A stretch of 64,000 nucleotides of DNA from Eubacteriales bacterium (GCA_030537595.1 JAUNVR010000007.1:1009-65008), one strand, 5' to 3'; shown: positions 8,295 through 18,080, counted from the stretch's first letter. Numbers and translations are program-made. Notes: generated by a model not told the origin, from the letters alone.

Positions 8295-9497
8295 CTACTT
8301 TCCAGCCAAACGGGCTGCCCAAGCCTCTTTGATCCCATTTAATAACTCAGCTGAGTCGAAAAAACCTTTACGCTCCATGTATTCAGCCTTGCTCTCTAAG
8401 GTCTTTAAGTAGGCAAGATCTAGGTCTTTAGCTGCAAGCTCCATCAATTCCTGATGATCAGAGTAGCTGCGATGTGGCTCCAGAGTATCTGCTAGAAATA
8501 AGAGTCGCGCTAGATTGGAGCATTCCACCCCGGCCGAGCTATGAAGGGCAATTGCCTCAATGATTTCTCGATCAGTGATCCCGAGTTCCAAATTGGCATA
8601 AGCAGCTGCTGCCAAACCATGTAAATTGAAAGCATTGATCTGAGCTTGTGCTGCATACTTTTCTGCCCAGCTTCCTTGCCGCTCTAGAGGCCATTCCTTC
8701 GCCAAATCATGAAGGATTGCCGCTACAGCAAAACGTTCAGCATCGAGTCCATGAATACGACATAGCTCTAAGCCATAGAGCATTACAGAAAGGCTATGAA
8801 ATAGCCTCGCCTGACTCAGGTTTTCAGCTAAGAAGAGTTCTAATAAAGCTAAATTTACATAGGCCTCAGAGGATATTTGCTGCCAAGCCTCATCATATTG
8901 ATATAGGGCCCAGTCCTGACAAAATTTCTGAGCCTCAGGAGCTAATGTATTCGGCTTTTTGGCCTGGGCTAATTGCTCACGTATCACTGTCGATGAAAGC
9001 TCGATTCCGCTGAGGGGGAAAAACTCAATATTTGCCCCTAAGTTCAGCCTTAGTTCCTCTGCCTTAGCTAGGGCAGCCTCAATTTCCTCACCGGCACGAT
9101 GCGCGACATAAAACTTCGCCAATTTTGCAATTTCTTCAGGCTGATGCCAGTTCTCGATTGAAAAAAGCACGTCTGAACCATAGATTAAGGACCAGTCAAC
9201 CTCCGGCTCCAGAGCTTTCAACAAATTCAAACTATCTACGGTATATGAGATTTCCTGAGGCTTAGCCAGCTCTAAATCACTCAAGCTAACCCGCTCTAAG
9301 TCACCGATGCTAAGCTCGATAATCTGCTCTCGAAAACTCGCCGGCAAGGGCCTACGCCCCTTTAAAGGCGGCTGCCCCACTGGCACAATCAAGATCTCAG
9401 CAAAATCCCCATGCTCCAAAGCACTTTTCAAAATTGCTAGATGACCAAGATGGAATGGGTCAAAAGTCCCCCCAAAAATCGCCTTTTTTACTCGCAT
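8295..9497 (-). CDS. nadD: Fusion of nicotinate-nucleotide adenylyltransferase (NadD) and a YqeK-type HD-domain phosphohydrolase
   Basis: N-terminal half has GGTFDPFHLGHL (HxGH nucleotidyltransferase). C-terminal half has LFHSLSVMLYG...AAILHDLAKEW...IALHSSAG...LFLADTLEPHR (YqeK HD pattern). Confidence 0.8.
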   Translation of the reverse strand: MRVKKAIFGGTFDPFHLGHLAILKSALEHGDFAEILIVPVGQPPLKGRRPLPASFREQIIELSIGDLERVSLSDLELAKPQEISYTVDSLNLLKALEPEVDWSLIYGSDVLFSIENWHQPEEIAKLAKFYVAHRAGEEIEAALAKAEELRLNLGANIEFFPLSGIELSSTVIREQLAQAKKPNTLAPEAQKFCQDWALYQYDEAWQQISSEAYVNLALLELFLAENLSQARLFHSLSVMLYGLELCRIHGLDAERFAVAAILHDLAKEWPLERQGSWAEKYAAQAQINAFNLHGLAAAAYANLELGITDREIIEAIALHSSAGVECSNLARLLFLADTLEPHRSYSDHQELMELAAKDLDLAYLKTLESKAEYMERKGFFDSAELLNGIKEAWAARLAGK

Positions 9498-10795
9498 CGA
9501 CCAATATCCCGACGATAATGTACAGCTTCGAAGTTTATGCTCTCGGCCTTTGCGTAGGCTAAATCTAAGGCTTTATCCAAAGTCTCTGCTTGGGCAGAGA
9601 TTGCCAAGACTCGGCCACCGTTAGTCAAATAACGCTCGCCTTCTTTACGCGTGCCGCAATGATAGACAAAAACTGAATCCGAATCCTTACTGTCTAAGCC
9701 CGTAATTTCTTTGCCTTTCTCATACTCTCCGGGATAGCCACCAGAAGCTAGGACCACAACTGCAGAAGCCTGATCTTTTAGCTTGAGCTCGAACTCAGCT
9801 AGCTCTTCCTTCACCACAGCCAAAATTAGCTCCAGAAAATCCGACTCAATCAGCGGAATTACTGCCTGGGCCTCTGGGTCACCGAAGCGAGCGTTAAACT
9901 CAATCACTTGAGGACCTTTCTCACTAAGGATTAAACCGCAGTAGAGCACGCCCTTGAAGGGACAGGCTGAACGCTCCAACTCGGCTAAAGTTGCTTTGAC
10001 AATCTTCTCTTCGATCTCGGCTAAAAGCTCAGGACTGAGCTCTGGCACAGGTGAAATGGCGCCCATCCCTCCTGTATTCGGACCCTGATTAGAATCAAAT
10101 GCCCGCTTATGGTCACGTGAGGTCGGTAAAAGTTTCACAGTTTTGCCGTCACTTAAAGCTAAAACTGTCAATTCAGGTCCTTCGATAAATTCCTCAAAGA
10201 GGACCTCAGCACCGGCCTCGCCAAAGACCTTAGTGCACATTAAATCTTGGACCGCTTTTTTAGCACTTTCTGCATCTTGACAGATGATGACTCCCTTACC
10301 GAGGGCGAGTCCGTCTGCCTTAACAACAAGCGGGAAATCCGCTTCCTCAATGGCAGCCAGGGCTTGCTCAGGATTAACGAAGCGGTGGTAAGCTGCGGTA
10401 GGAACCTCAGCTCGACTCATAATTTCCTTGGCAAAATGCTTAGACGCTTCAATTCTAGCGGCTCTAGCACTTGGCCCAAAGGCCGGGATACCAACAGTCC
10501 AGAGTCGATCGCAAAGGCCCATTGCCAAAGGATCATCCGGCGCAACTATGACCAAGTCCACAGCCTCATTCAAAGCTAAGTCGACCTGGCCCTTAAGGTC
10601 AGTTGCCGAGCAATCAAAGCAGCGAGCAAGCTTGGCTATCCCTGCATTTCCCGGAGCCGCAAGTAATTCACCACAACGTGGAGATGCGTGCAGGGCTTTC
10701 GCAATCGCATGTTCGCGACCACCGCCCCCAACGATTAAAATCTTCAGTTTATCTTTACTTAATTTCTCTTTGACTTGGACATTAATTTTTTTCAT
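9488..10795 (-). CDS. purD: Phosphoribosylamine--glycine ligase
   Basis: ILIVGGGGREHAIAKAL, ATP-grasp core, and C-terminal GGRVLAISA. Confidence 0.9.
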   Translation of the reverse strand: MKKINVQVKEKLSKDKLKILIVGGGGREHAIAKALHASPRCGELLAAPGNAGIAKLARCFDCSATDLKGQVDLALNEAVDLVIVAPDDPLAMGLCDRLWTVGIPAFGPSARAARIEASKHFAKEIMSRAEVPTAAYHRFVNPEQALAAIEEADFPLVVKADGLALGKGVIICQDAESAKKAVQDLMCTKVFGEAGAEVLFEEFIEGPELTVLALSDGKTVKLLPTSRDHKRAFDSNQGPNTGGMGAISPVPELSPELLAEIEEKIVKATLAELERSACPFKGVLYCGLILSEKGPQVIEFNARFGDPEAQAVIPLIESDFLELILAVVKEELAEFELKLKDQASAVVVLASGGYPGEYEKGKEITGLDSKDSDSVFVYHCGTRKEGERYLTNGGRVLAISAQAETLDKALDLAYAKAESINFEAVHYRRDIGRCE

Positions 10796-10846
10796 CTTTT
10801 TTCCTTTTCTCTAATTTCGGCTGATAAAAAGACTAGAAATAATCTC

Positions 10847-12394
10847 TTAATGCTTAAAATGGCGAACCGAGGTAAAGACCATGGCGATGCCATGCTCATC
10901 ACAAAAATCAATTGACTCTTGGTCGCGAATTGAGCCACCAGGTTGAATGACCCCTCTGATTCCGTATTTATGAGCCAATTCCAATGTGTCTTTAAAGGGG
11001 AAGAAAGCATCCGAAGCGAGAATCGCACCGCGTGCTTTTGCTCCGGCCATTTCCAGGGCAATCTTCGCCGCCCCGACCCGATTTGTCTGACCAGGACCTA
11101 TCCCTAAGCTCTGCTCGCCTCTACTTATTGAAATTGCATTTGACTTTAAAAGTCGGCAAAGCTTCGCAGCAAAATGGTATTCAGCGATTTCTTCAGCTTT
11201 GACCTTAGTCTTTGTAACGCAGTTAAAGTCCTCTGCGCTAATCGGCTGATTATCGTAGTCCTGAATTAAGAGACCACCGTCAATAAAGCGCCATTCCCGA
11301 GCTGTTTCAGCTAAGGGCTGACCTAGCTCAGCTAAGCGCAGTAGGCGCAGGTTTTTCTTTGCCTTTAGGATCTCTAAAGCTTCCGGAGTAAAATCAGGGG
11401 CAATTATAATTTCTAAAAAGATTTCAGCCATCGCCTCGGCTTCTGCAGCTGTGAGCACCCGATTCTGGGCAACAATTCCACCAAAAATTGAGACTGGATC
11501 TGCAGCATAGGCCAATTCCCAAGCCTCCTCTATGCTCTCCGCCGATGCCAGGCCACAGGGGTTAGCGTGCTTCAGGCCGACTACTGTTGGCCTTGTAAAA
11601 TCACCTAAGGCTGCAACTGCCGCATTTGCATCACCATAATTATTAAAGGATAGCTGCTTACCTTGGAGCTGTTCGGCAGTGAGAATCGTGCCTGCTTTAG
11701 GAATCACTTCAGCATAGACCTCAGCTTTCTGCTGCGGATTTTCACCATATCGTAGCTCTTCCTTCAACTCCCAAGCCTTGGTTATTAAATCAGTTTTAAC
11801 TAAGTTACCGAGGGCTCCACTTTGCTCAGCAAAGTAATCTGCGATTATCGAGTCATAGGCTGCAGTTTCTCGGAAAACCTTAGCCGCAAGTGCCAGACGG
11901 AGTTCAGCAGAAACCCCACCATTAGCAAGCTCAGCTAAAACTTGGGGATAATCGCAAGGATCAATTATGACCGTGATATGAGCATGATTTTTAGCCGCCG
12001 CTCGCAATAAGGAGGGGCCACCGATGTCGATTTGCTCAATCTGCTCAGTAAAACTTTTCTTTTGCAAAAGATGCTCTTTAAAAGGGTAGAGATTGACTGC
12101 CACGAGATCAAAATAAGGCAAGTCGTGCTCACTCATTTCAGCTACATCTGCTGGGTGATCGGGGCGGGCTAGAATTCCAGCAAAGACCTTTGGGTGAAGA
12201 GTTTTCAAGCGCCCTGATAAAAGCTCGGGAAAAGCTGTAAACTCTGCCACTTCAACACTTTCAAAGCCCGCTTCACGCAGCGCCTTCCGGGTTCCTCCGG
12301 TCGAATAGATCTTGTATCCAGCCTCAGTTAGGCCGGCAGCCAATTCAGCCAAAGCACTCTTGTCAGAAACTGAAATTAATGCTCTCTTCTCCAT
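10847..12394 (-). CDS. purH: Bifunctional AICAR transformylase / IMP cyclohydrolase
   Basis: 515 aa with MGS-like N-terminus RALISVSDKS...STGGT...GRLKTLHP and a C-terminus ending VFTSVRHFKH. Confidence 0.9.
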   Translation of the reverse strand: MEKRALISVSDKSALAELAAGLTEAGYKIYSTGGTRKALREAGFESVEVAEFTAFPELLSGRLKTLHPKVFAGILARPDHPADVAEMSEHDLPYFDLVAVNLYPFKEHLLQKKSFTEQIEQIDIGGPSLLRAAAKNHAHITVIIDPCDYPQVLAELANGGVSAELRLALAAKVFRETAAYDSIIADYFAEQSGALGNLVKTDLITKAWELKEELRYGENPQQKAEVYAEVIPKAGTILTAEQLQGKQLSFNNYGDANAAVAALGDFTRPTVVGLKHANPCGLASAESIEEAWELAYAADPVSIFGGIVAQNRVLTAAEAEAMAEIFLEIIIAPDFTPEALEILKAKKNLRLLRLAELGQPLAETAREWRFIDGGLLIQDYDNQPISAEDFNCVTKTKVKAEEIAEYHFAAKLCRLLKSNAISISRGEQSLGIGPGQTNRVGAAKIALEMAGAKARGAILASDAFFPFKDTLELAHKYGIRGVIQPGGSIRDQESIDFCDEHGIAMVFTSVRHFKH

Positions 12395-13000
12395 TTACTT
12401 CTTCCCTTCCAGGTCATTTATAACCTTTGCAATTGCCTCCGTGTAAAGCTTCCACTCAACTTCACTTAAGACTCTTTTTTGTAAAGACTCAGCGCTCTCA
12501 CCAGCTCTAATTGGAATACTCCGCTGCAGAATAATCTGGCCTGCATCATAAACTTCGTTCACAAAATGCACGGTAGCGCCGGCTTCCTCATCACCATTTG
12601 CAAGCGCCATTTCATGTGGCCTTAAACCATAACATCCTGCTCCGCCATACTTTGGCAAAAGAGCTGGATGAATGTTCAAAATACGCTCTGGGTAGGCCGC
12701 TAAAACTTCCGACCCAATTTTCCTTAAAAAACCAGCCAAAATCAGCAAATCAACCTGAGCCTCGAGCAAAGCCTCTTTTAAGGCCGAATCCCAGGCTTCG
12801 TAAGTCAGAAAGTCTTGCGGTGCCAGTACCTTAGTCGGCAAGTCTTTGGCCTTGGCATAAGCCAAGCCAGCAGCCCCTTTACGATCTGAGATGACTAGCT
12901 TAATCCTGCAATTTAAGCGCCCTTCCTCGCAAGCCTTGTGGATCGCCTTAAAATTGCTTCCACTACCGGAGATTAAGACTGCTAAGGCTTTAGTGCCCAC
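12395..13000 (-). CDS. purN: Phosphoribosylglycinamide formyltransferase
   Basis: LAVLISGSGSNFKAI, NIHPALLPKYGG and ATVHFVNEVYDAGQII. Confidence 0.9.
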   Translation of the reverse strand: MGTKALAVLISGSGSNFKAIHKACEEGRLNCRIKLVISDRKGAAGLAYAKAKDLPTKVLAPQDFLTYEAWDSALKEALLEAQVDLLILAGFLRKIGSEVLAAYPERILNIHPALLPKYGGAGCYGLRPHEMALANGDEEAGATVHFVNEVYDAGQIILQRSIPIRAGESAESLQKRVLSEVEWKLYTEAIAKVINDLEGKK

Positions 13001-13487
13001 TTGCTAAACCGGCCTTTATACTCTGGTTCTTAGCTTCTAGCTTACGCGCCTGTTCGAGTCTGAATTCACGCAGCTTATCCCGTAATTCAGGCTCTTTCAA
13101 GGCCAAAATCTCTAGCGCCAGAACTGCCGCATTTTTACCACCATCGATACCGACAGTTGCGACGGGGATCCCCGGCGGCATTTGCACGATCGAATAAAGC
13201 GCATCCTGACCGTTTAAGGGACCTGCAGCCAAGGGCACACCAATGACTGGGAGCAGTGTTGAAGCTGCCAAGACCCCAGGTAAGTGGGCGGCAAGTCCTG
13301 CACCAGCGATGATTAAATCGTAATTTGCCTCTGCATTTAAGGCCAAATCCCGAGCTCTCTCCGGGCTGCGATGGGCTGAGCAGAGCTCTAAATCCCAGTC
13401 GATTGAGAAATCGTCAAGCGTTGTAAAGCAAGCTTCAATACGCTTCAAATCCGAATCTGAACCTAAGACGATTAATACCTTTGCCAT
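12990..13487 (-). CDS. purE: N5-CAIR mutase (PurE, class I-like)
   Basis: VLIVLGSDSDL, SAHRSPER, AGLAAHLPGVLAA and GVPVATVGI. Confidence 0.85.
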   Translation of the reverse strand: MAKVLIVLGSDSDLKRIEACFTTLDDFSIDWDLELCSAHRSPERARDLALNAEANYDLIIAGAGLAAHLPGVLAASTLLPVIGVPLAAGPLNGQDALYSIVQMPPGIPVATVGIDGGKNAAVLALEILALKEPELRDKLREFRLEQARKLEAKNQSIKAGLASGH

Positions 13488-13489
13488 GA

Positions 13490-14605
13490 TTACCTCTTTT
13501 CATCCTTTGATTTTGCTAATAAGTAAGCCGAGATAAATTGCTCGATTTCACCATCCATCACAGCATTTATATCCCCAACTTCAGTACCAGTTCGGTGGTC
13601 CTTAACCAGAGTATAAGGACAAAAAACATATGATCTAATTTGACTACCCCAGGCATTATCCGACTGCTCACCTTTGAGCTCAGCCATGGCAGATTTCTGC
13701 TCGGCCTCTGCTCTGGCGTAAAGCTTGGCCTTTAACATGCGCATTGCAACTTCCTTGTTCTGAATTTGTGAACGCTCATTCTGGCAAGCCACAACAATCC
13801 CCGTAGGTAAGTGAGTCAAACGCACTGCTGATTCAGTCTTATTAACGTGCTGCCCACCAGCCCCGGAGGCGCGGTAATAGTCAACACGCAGATCATCCGG
13901 CTTAATCTCAATCTCTATGTCATCGGAGAGAATGGGCACAACTTCAACGGAGGCAAATGAGGTGTGACGCCGGCCTGAGGTGTCAAAAGGTGAAATCCTA
14001 ACTAATCTGTGTACGCCATTTTCCGCCTGCAGATAACCATAAGCATACGCACCTTCAACTTGGATGCTGATGTGCTTGATTCCGGCTTCGTCACCATCTA
14101 GATAGTCGAGCACCTCAAGACTAAAGCCTTCGCGCTCCAAGAAGCGCGAATACATGCGGTATAGCATCTCAACCCAATCCTGAGCTTCAGTGCCACCTGC
14201 TCCAGCATGCAAGCTGAGGAGAGCATCTGCTGCATCATGCTCGCCGGTAAAGAGGGTCTGGAGACGAAACTTTTCTAAGGCTTCCAAAGCAGCCTTATGT
14301 GCTGCACGAAATTCCTCTTGGAAGCTCTCTCCTCCGCCTTCTTCTAGCAAATCAATATAAGCTTCAAGATCAGCGATAGACTCTTCTAATTGGTCAAACT
14401 TGCTCAGTATCCGCTGCTTATCCTTAATGGCTTTCTGTAAGCTTCGAGCCCTTTCCTGATCATTCCAGAGTTCCGGGTCCTGGCTTTGACGCTCTAATTC
14501 CTCCAGCTCCTTACGGCGCTCAAGCGGGGCCAAGGAGTCGGTCAACTCAGCTAGCTCAGCCTTGGCCTGTTCTAAATCTAGACGATAAATATCTAAATTA
14601 AGCAT
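13490..14605 (-). CDS. prfB: Peptide chain release factor 2, encoded in a single frame
   Basis: RF2-specific SPF (RISPFDTSGRRHTSFA) and GGQ (SGAGGQHVNKTESA). It is 371 aa and uninterrupted, with no internal TGA at the usual frameshift site. Confidence 0.9.
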   Translation of the reverse strand: MLNLDIYRLDLEQAKAELAELTDSLAPLERRKELEELERQSQDPELWNDQERARSLQKAIKDKQRILSKFDQLEESIADLEAYIDLLEEGGGESFQEEFRAAHKAALEALEKFRLQTLFTGEHDAADALLSLHAGAGGTEAQDWVEMLYRMYSRFLEREGFSLEVLDYLDGDEAGIKHISIQVEGAYAYGYLQAENGVHRLVRISPFDTSGRRHTSFASVEVVPILSDDIEIEIKPDDLRVDYYRASGAGGQHVNKTESAVRLTHLPTGIVVACQNERSQIQNKEVAMRMLKAKLYARAEAEQKSAMAELKGEQSDNAWGSQIRSYVFCPYTLVKDHRTGTEVGDINAVMDGEIEQFISAYLLAKSKDEKR

Positions 14606-15719
14606 TGCTCACGCCTCTTTTAAGTTCTGGCTTAAACGCAACTGTCGCATACATTATGCCCATTAAACGTCCACCAGTTAGAGTGAGTAATACAAAGCAG
14701 AGACTTTCAACGATGGCCAAAGAATATGGGCTATCGAAAAATAGCGATGAGGCAAAGTAATAGGGAATGTTTGTACACATCCGTAAGACGACAAATGCCG
14801 AAAACAGCATCATCTTAAATCCTTTTTGCGCATAGCGTGAGCGCTTCAAAGCTTGAGCGAAACTATCATCGTTCAAAATCAGGTTCAAAGGCGCATAGGC
14901 AAAGGCCGTCGCAATCACAAAAAACGGCAAGCTTAAAAAGGGTATGCACAAGATAAAAATTGGAATGGCAATTAAAATTAAGAGAATCAATTGCGGGAAC
15001 TTGCTCAGGATTAGCTTAAAACACTTTCCCCAAAGGCCAGTCTCTGAGCTTTTATCATAATCGAGCAAATAAGAATCAGGATTAGCAGGATGAATCTCAC
15101 CTTCTTCTGAACTTATTTTTACCGCACCTGGACCAATCCATTGCTGCTTCTCTGCCCCACTTGCTGAACCCTCTGCTGACTCATTATTAAGCAAGTCCTC
15201 AGCCTCACGGATATCAGTTTCGGATATCGCTTTCCGTCCAGCAGCGCGCGCTAAATTACTCGCCTGCTCCAAAACACGGGGGATTTCAAGAGACATTGCC
15301 TGCCTTTTCCGAAAGAGCAAGACAAAAGCTCTGAGCTTTGCGACTACTGACACGAAGCTACGAGGGTTCTCTTGAAGCTCCAATTGTAAGCTCATGGGAT
15401 CTGCCAATTTAACTTGCAGTTCCTTAACGAGGACTGAGGCATAGAGGTAGAGAAAGAAGAACTGAATTATAAAACCTGCTAAACCAGCCAAAACATAGTA
15501 GATATGCCCCGGTGTAATCTCTGCATAAAGCTCTGCTATAGAAATGTTGCTTCCAGCATCGAGGTAGTAGTTCAATAAAGAGATAAAATCAACAAATCTT
15601 AGTTGAAATAAATTCTGAGCTAAACGCAGGCCAAAAAGCAAGATAAAAATAAGCCTCAGTGTCGACTTTTCCTTTAAATCATAAAACTGTAAAGACTTTA
15701 AAACTAATGCAAGATTCAC
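14598..15719 (-). CDS. Polytopic membrane protein of unknown function
   Basis: 373-aa ORF with hydrophobic segments at both ends and a ~110-aa hydrophilic acidic central loop. It overlaps rdgB by 1 nt and prfB by 8 nt. I recognised no family. Confidence 0.55.
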   Translation of the reverse strand: MNLALVLKSLQFYDLKEKSTLRLIFILLFGLRLAQNLFQLRFVDFISLLNYYLDAGSNISIAELYAEITPGHIYYVLAGLAGFIIQFFFLYLYASVLVKELQVKLADPMSLQLELQENPRSFVSVVAKLRAFVLLFRKRQAMSLEIPRVLEQASNLARAAGRKAISETDIREAEDLLNNESAEGSASGAEKQQWIGPGAVKISSEEGEIHPANPDSYLLDYDKSSETGLWGKCFKLILSKFPQLILLILIAIPIFILCIPFLSLPFFVIATAFAYAPLNLILNDDSFAQALKRSRYAQKGFKMMLFSAFVVLRMCTNIPYYFASSLFFDSPYSLAIVESLCFVLLTLTGGRLMGIMYATVAFKPELKRGVSNA

Positions 15720-16333
15720 TATTGACCCCTTTCGCAGGCTACAAGCGCCTGCCCTTCCAAATACTGTAAAAGTTTTTCCACCGCCCTACCCCGATGTGAG
15801 ATTCTATGTTTTTTCGCCGGGCTAAGCTGCGCCGTCGTTTGCCTTAATTCAGGAATATAGAAGATAGGATCGTAGCCAAAACCATTTTCACCTAGTCTTT
15901 CAGGCCAAATCAAACCCTTTACCTCGCCCCTGAAAATTCGCTCTTCACCAGCTGGATTAATCAAGGCAAGAGCACAGATAAAAGCTGCAGTCCACTCGCT
16001 CTTTTCATGCGCCGCCAAAAGCGACCAAAGCTTATCAATCTTATCCTTATACGAAGCAGTTTCCCCAGCAAAACGCGCTGAATATATGCCCGGATAACCA
16101 TCCAAAAGGTCTACCGACAAACCAGAATCATCAGCCAGAACATAAAGTCCGGGACAAGCCTCGTGAAGCACCCTAGCCTTAATTAAAGCATTTTCCTCAT
16201 AGCTAGAGCCTGTCTCTTCAATTTGCTCGCAAATCCCGGGTGGCGGAGCGATTAAATCTACTTTACCCTTTAAAATTTCTCTAAACTCTTTGAGCTTATC
16301 TGGATTGTGACTTGCCAATACTATCTTAATCAT
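15719..16333 (-). CDS. rdgB: Non-canonical purine NTP pyrophosphatase (RdgB/HAM1)
   Basis: IVLASHNPDKLKEFREIL, DDSGLSVDLLDGYPGIYSARF, GENGFGYDPIF and SHRGRA. Confidence 0.85.
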   Translation of the reverse strand: MIKIVLASHNPDKLKEFREILKGKVDLIAPPPGICEQIEETGSSYEENALIKARVLHEACPGLYVLADDSGLSVDLLDGYPGIYSARFAGETASYKDKIDKLWSLLAAHEKSEWTAAFICALALINPAGEERIFRGEVKGLIWPERLGENGFGYDPIFYIPELRQTTAQLSPAKKHRISHRGRAVEKLLQYLEGQALVACERGQ

Positions 16334-16349
16334 TTGATCCCCGCCTCAC

Positions 16350-18074
16350 TTATAACTGTAAACGATCTGCCAAAGCAAAGGCAGCGCGACTGAAAAACTC
16401 TTCACCTTCTGGTGCTTTGAAACCTGCTGAATGCAAACGCTTGGCCAAGCTCAAACTACGATTGCTTAATAAAAAGCGGTTGAGCTTTTCTGCAATTATA
16501 TAGTTATTCCGATGCCAGGGCTGCTCATTCAAGAGAATCAGCAGGGCTAAAGGCAGTTCCAATGAACTGAATGGATGCGTAAACAGCTCAGCTTGCAGCT
16601 GATGATCAAAACCATATTTGAAAGCTGGGCTGGCACTTCTTTTAAGCTCAGGATAATACTTATAGCTCAATCGTTTCCAAAGTTCTGCAATGTCTTGAGC
16701 TTTATTTAACTGATACGCATTGACCTGGAGCTCGAAGTCAGCACGTTGCAAAAAGCTGGGTAGCAAGAGGATGAAGCGAGCTAAAAGTAAATCTATTAGC
16801 TCATCAGTCGAGATACCTTCCATTAAGATATCCGTCTTCTTGACTTCTGTCACTGTTGGCTGACTAAAGGGTGAAACATTCAAAATCGCCACTAAACCTA
16901 ACTCAGCCATTGCCTCCGCAAATGGAGCCTCCGGTATGATCTCCTGCCCAGGGTAGTTACGTAAGCTTGAATAGAGCAGTAAAGTGCGGCCGAAATCCCC
17001 CAAGAGCGAGCGCAAGGCTAAATCAATTGGACAGGAAAGGAAATCTTGATGTAGCATCACAGCATTTTTTGAAAGAGGTAGACTCAGTGGAATTTCAGTA
17101 AAATCCAAGTCCAAGCGGCCAAGCTCTTGCATGTAACCGTGACTTAGCAAATCGCTGAACAAAGATTGGCCACCCAAACGCTGATCAACATAAGTAGAAA
17201 GGCGTTTCAAAAAGCCGGCATCAGCTTGCGGCAGCTGCGTCAGCCCCTCAGTCGAAAGTAGCGTCATGAAGTTTTGAATTTGCAGATAGTCTTCGCCTAA
17301 TTTCCTGACTCTCAATTGCTTGAAGGCTTCGTGTAAAGGCATAAAATAGCGCGTTAAATTTTGCTTAAACTGATGCCAGTCACGATGCTCTGAAAAATAG
17401 AGCTTGCTGTGGATTGCAGCATAGTTATATGGTGACTCCAAGCCTGAATCACTTTGCATTTTTTGCCGTAAACGCAAAATCTTCAAGTAATTCGCAGACC
17501 CTTCAGATTCACCAGCAATGAGCTCTGTGGAAAGTCTTTGCCAAGCTTGGTAGCGTAAATCCGGATCCGGATTGCGCAAAAAAGCATTGAACTTTGGACT
17601 GTCACTCGAATGTCCTGTAAGCATTCTTTTTAAGGTCTTTAGACGCCGCAGCTCGGAGTGAATTATTTGCCTTTCTAAGGCTAAAGCCTCTCGATAATGG
17701 GGCCCATAAAGCTGTAATGTAGTGACAGCCCTTTGATTTAGAGCAACCTCCACCGGATCATCAGGATCTAGTTCTAAGTCTGAGCTCAGAAAGAGTTCAT
17801 AAAAGTCAACGACAAGCTCTTCAATCAGTGGATTGAGTGAATTATAGAAGCTCAGCTCATTGGCATAAAAATCAGCTGAGCTTTGATTTTGCCGCAATAA
17901 AGCCAAGCGCTTCATTTCATTATACTGATCAACTAAGCTCTGAAACTCCTTGAAAATCTCATGTCGATTCGTTTTTTCCTGGCGCTTCTTAAAGCGCCTA
18001 ATTAGGCGCTTTAACTGCCTTTGCAGATCTGCTGCATTGGGCCTTTGATAGTATAATTCGGAAAAATCACGCAT
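16350..18074 (-). CDS. M3-family oligoendopeptidase-like protein lacking the HExxH zinc motif (putative pseudopeptidase)
   Basis: Its 574 aa, length and overall pattern resemble PepF/M3B oligoendopeptidases. No HExxH occurs anywhere. LLGDFGRTLLLY sits where HE(F/x)GH is expected. Confidence 0.5.
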   Translation of the reverse strand: MRDFSELYYQRPNAADLQRQLKRLIRRFKKRQEKTNRHEIFKEFQSLVDQYNEMKRLALLRQNQSSADFYANELSFYNSLNPLIEELVVDFYELFLSSDLELDPDDPVEVALNQRAVTTLQLYGPHYREALALERQIIHSELRRLKTLKRMLTGHSSDSPKFNAFLRNPDPDLRYQAWQRLSTELIAGESEGSANYLKILRLRQKMQSDSGLESPYNYAAIHSKLYFSEHRDWHQFKQNLTRYFMPLHEAFKQLRVRKLGEDYLQIQNFMTLLSTEGLTQLPQADAGFLKRLSTYVDQRLGGQSLFSDLLSHGYMQELGRLDLDFTEIPLSLPLSKNAVMLHQDFLSCPIDLALRSLLGDFGRTLLLYSSLRNYPGQEIIPEAPFAEAMAELGLVAILNVSPFSQPTVTEVKKTDILMEGISTDELIDLLLARFILLLPSFLQRADFELQVNAYQLNKAQDIAELWKRLSYKYYPELKRSASPAFKYGFDHQLQAELFTHPFSSLELPLALLILLNEQPWHRNNYIIAEKLNRFLLSNRSLSLAKRLHSAGFKAPEGEEFFSRAAFALADRLQL

Positions 18075-18080
18075 TAGACT

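Noticed and set aside
10792-11061. 89-aa minus-strand ORF spanning the purH-purD junction
   Set aside because: It overlaps the conserved 3' end of purH out of frame. Its sequence is not protein-like.
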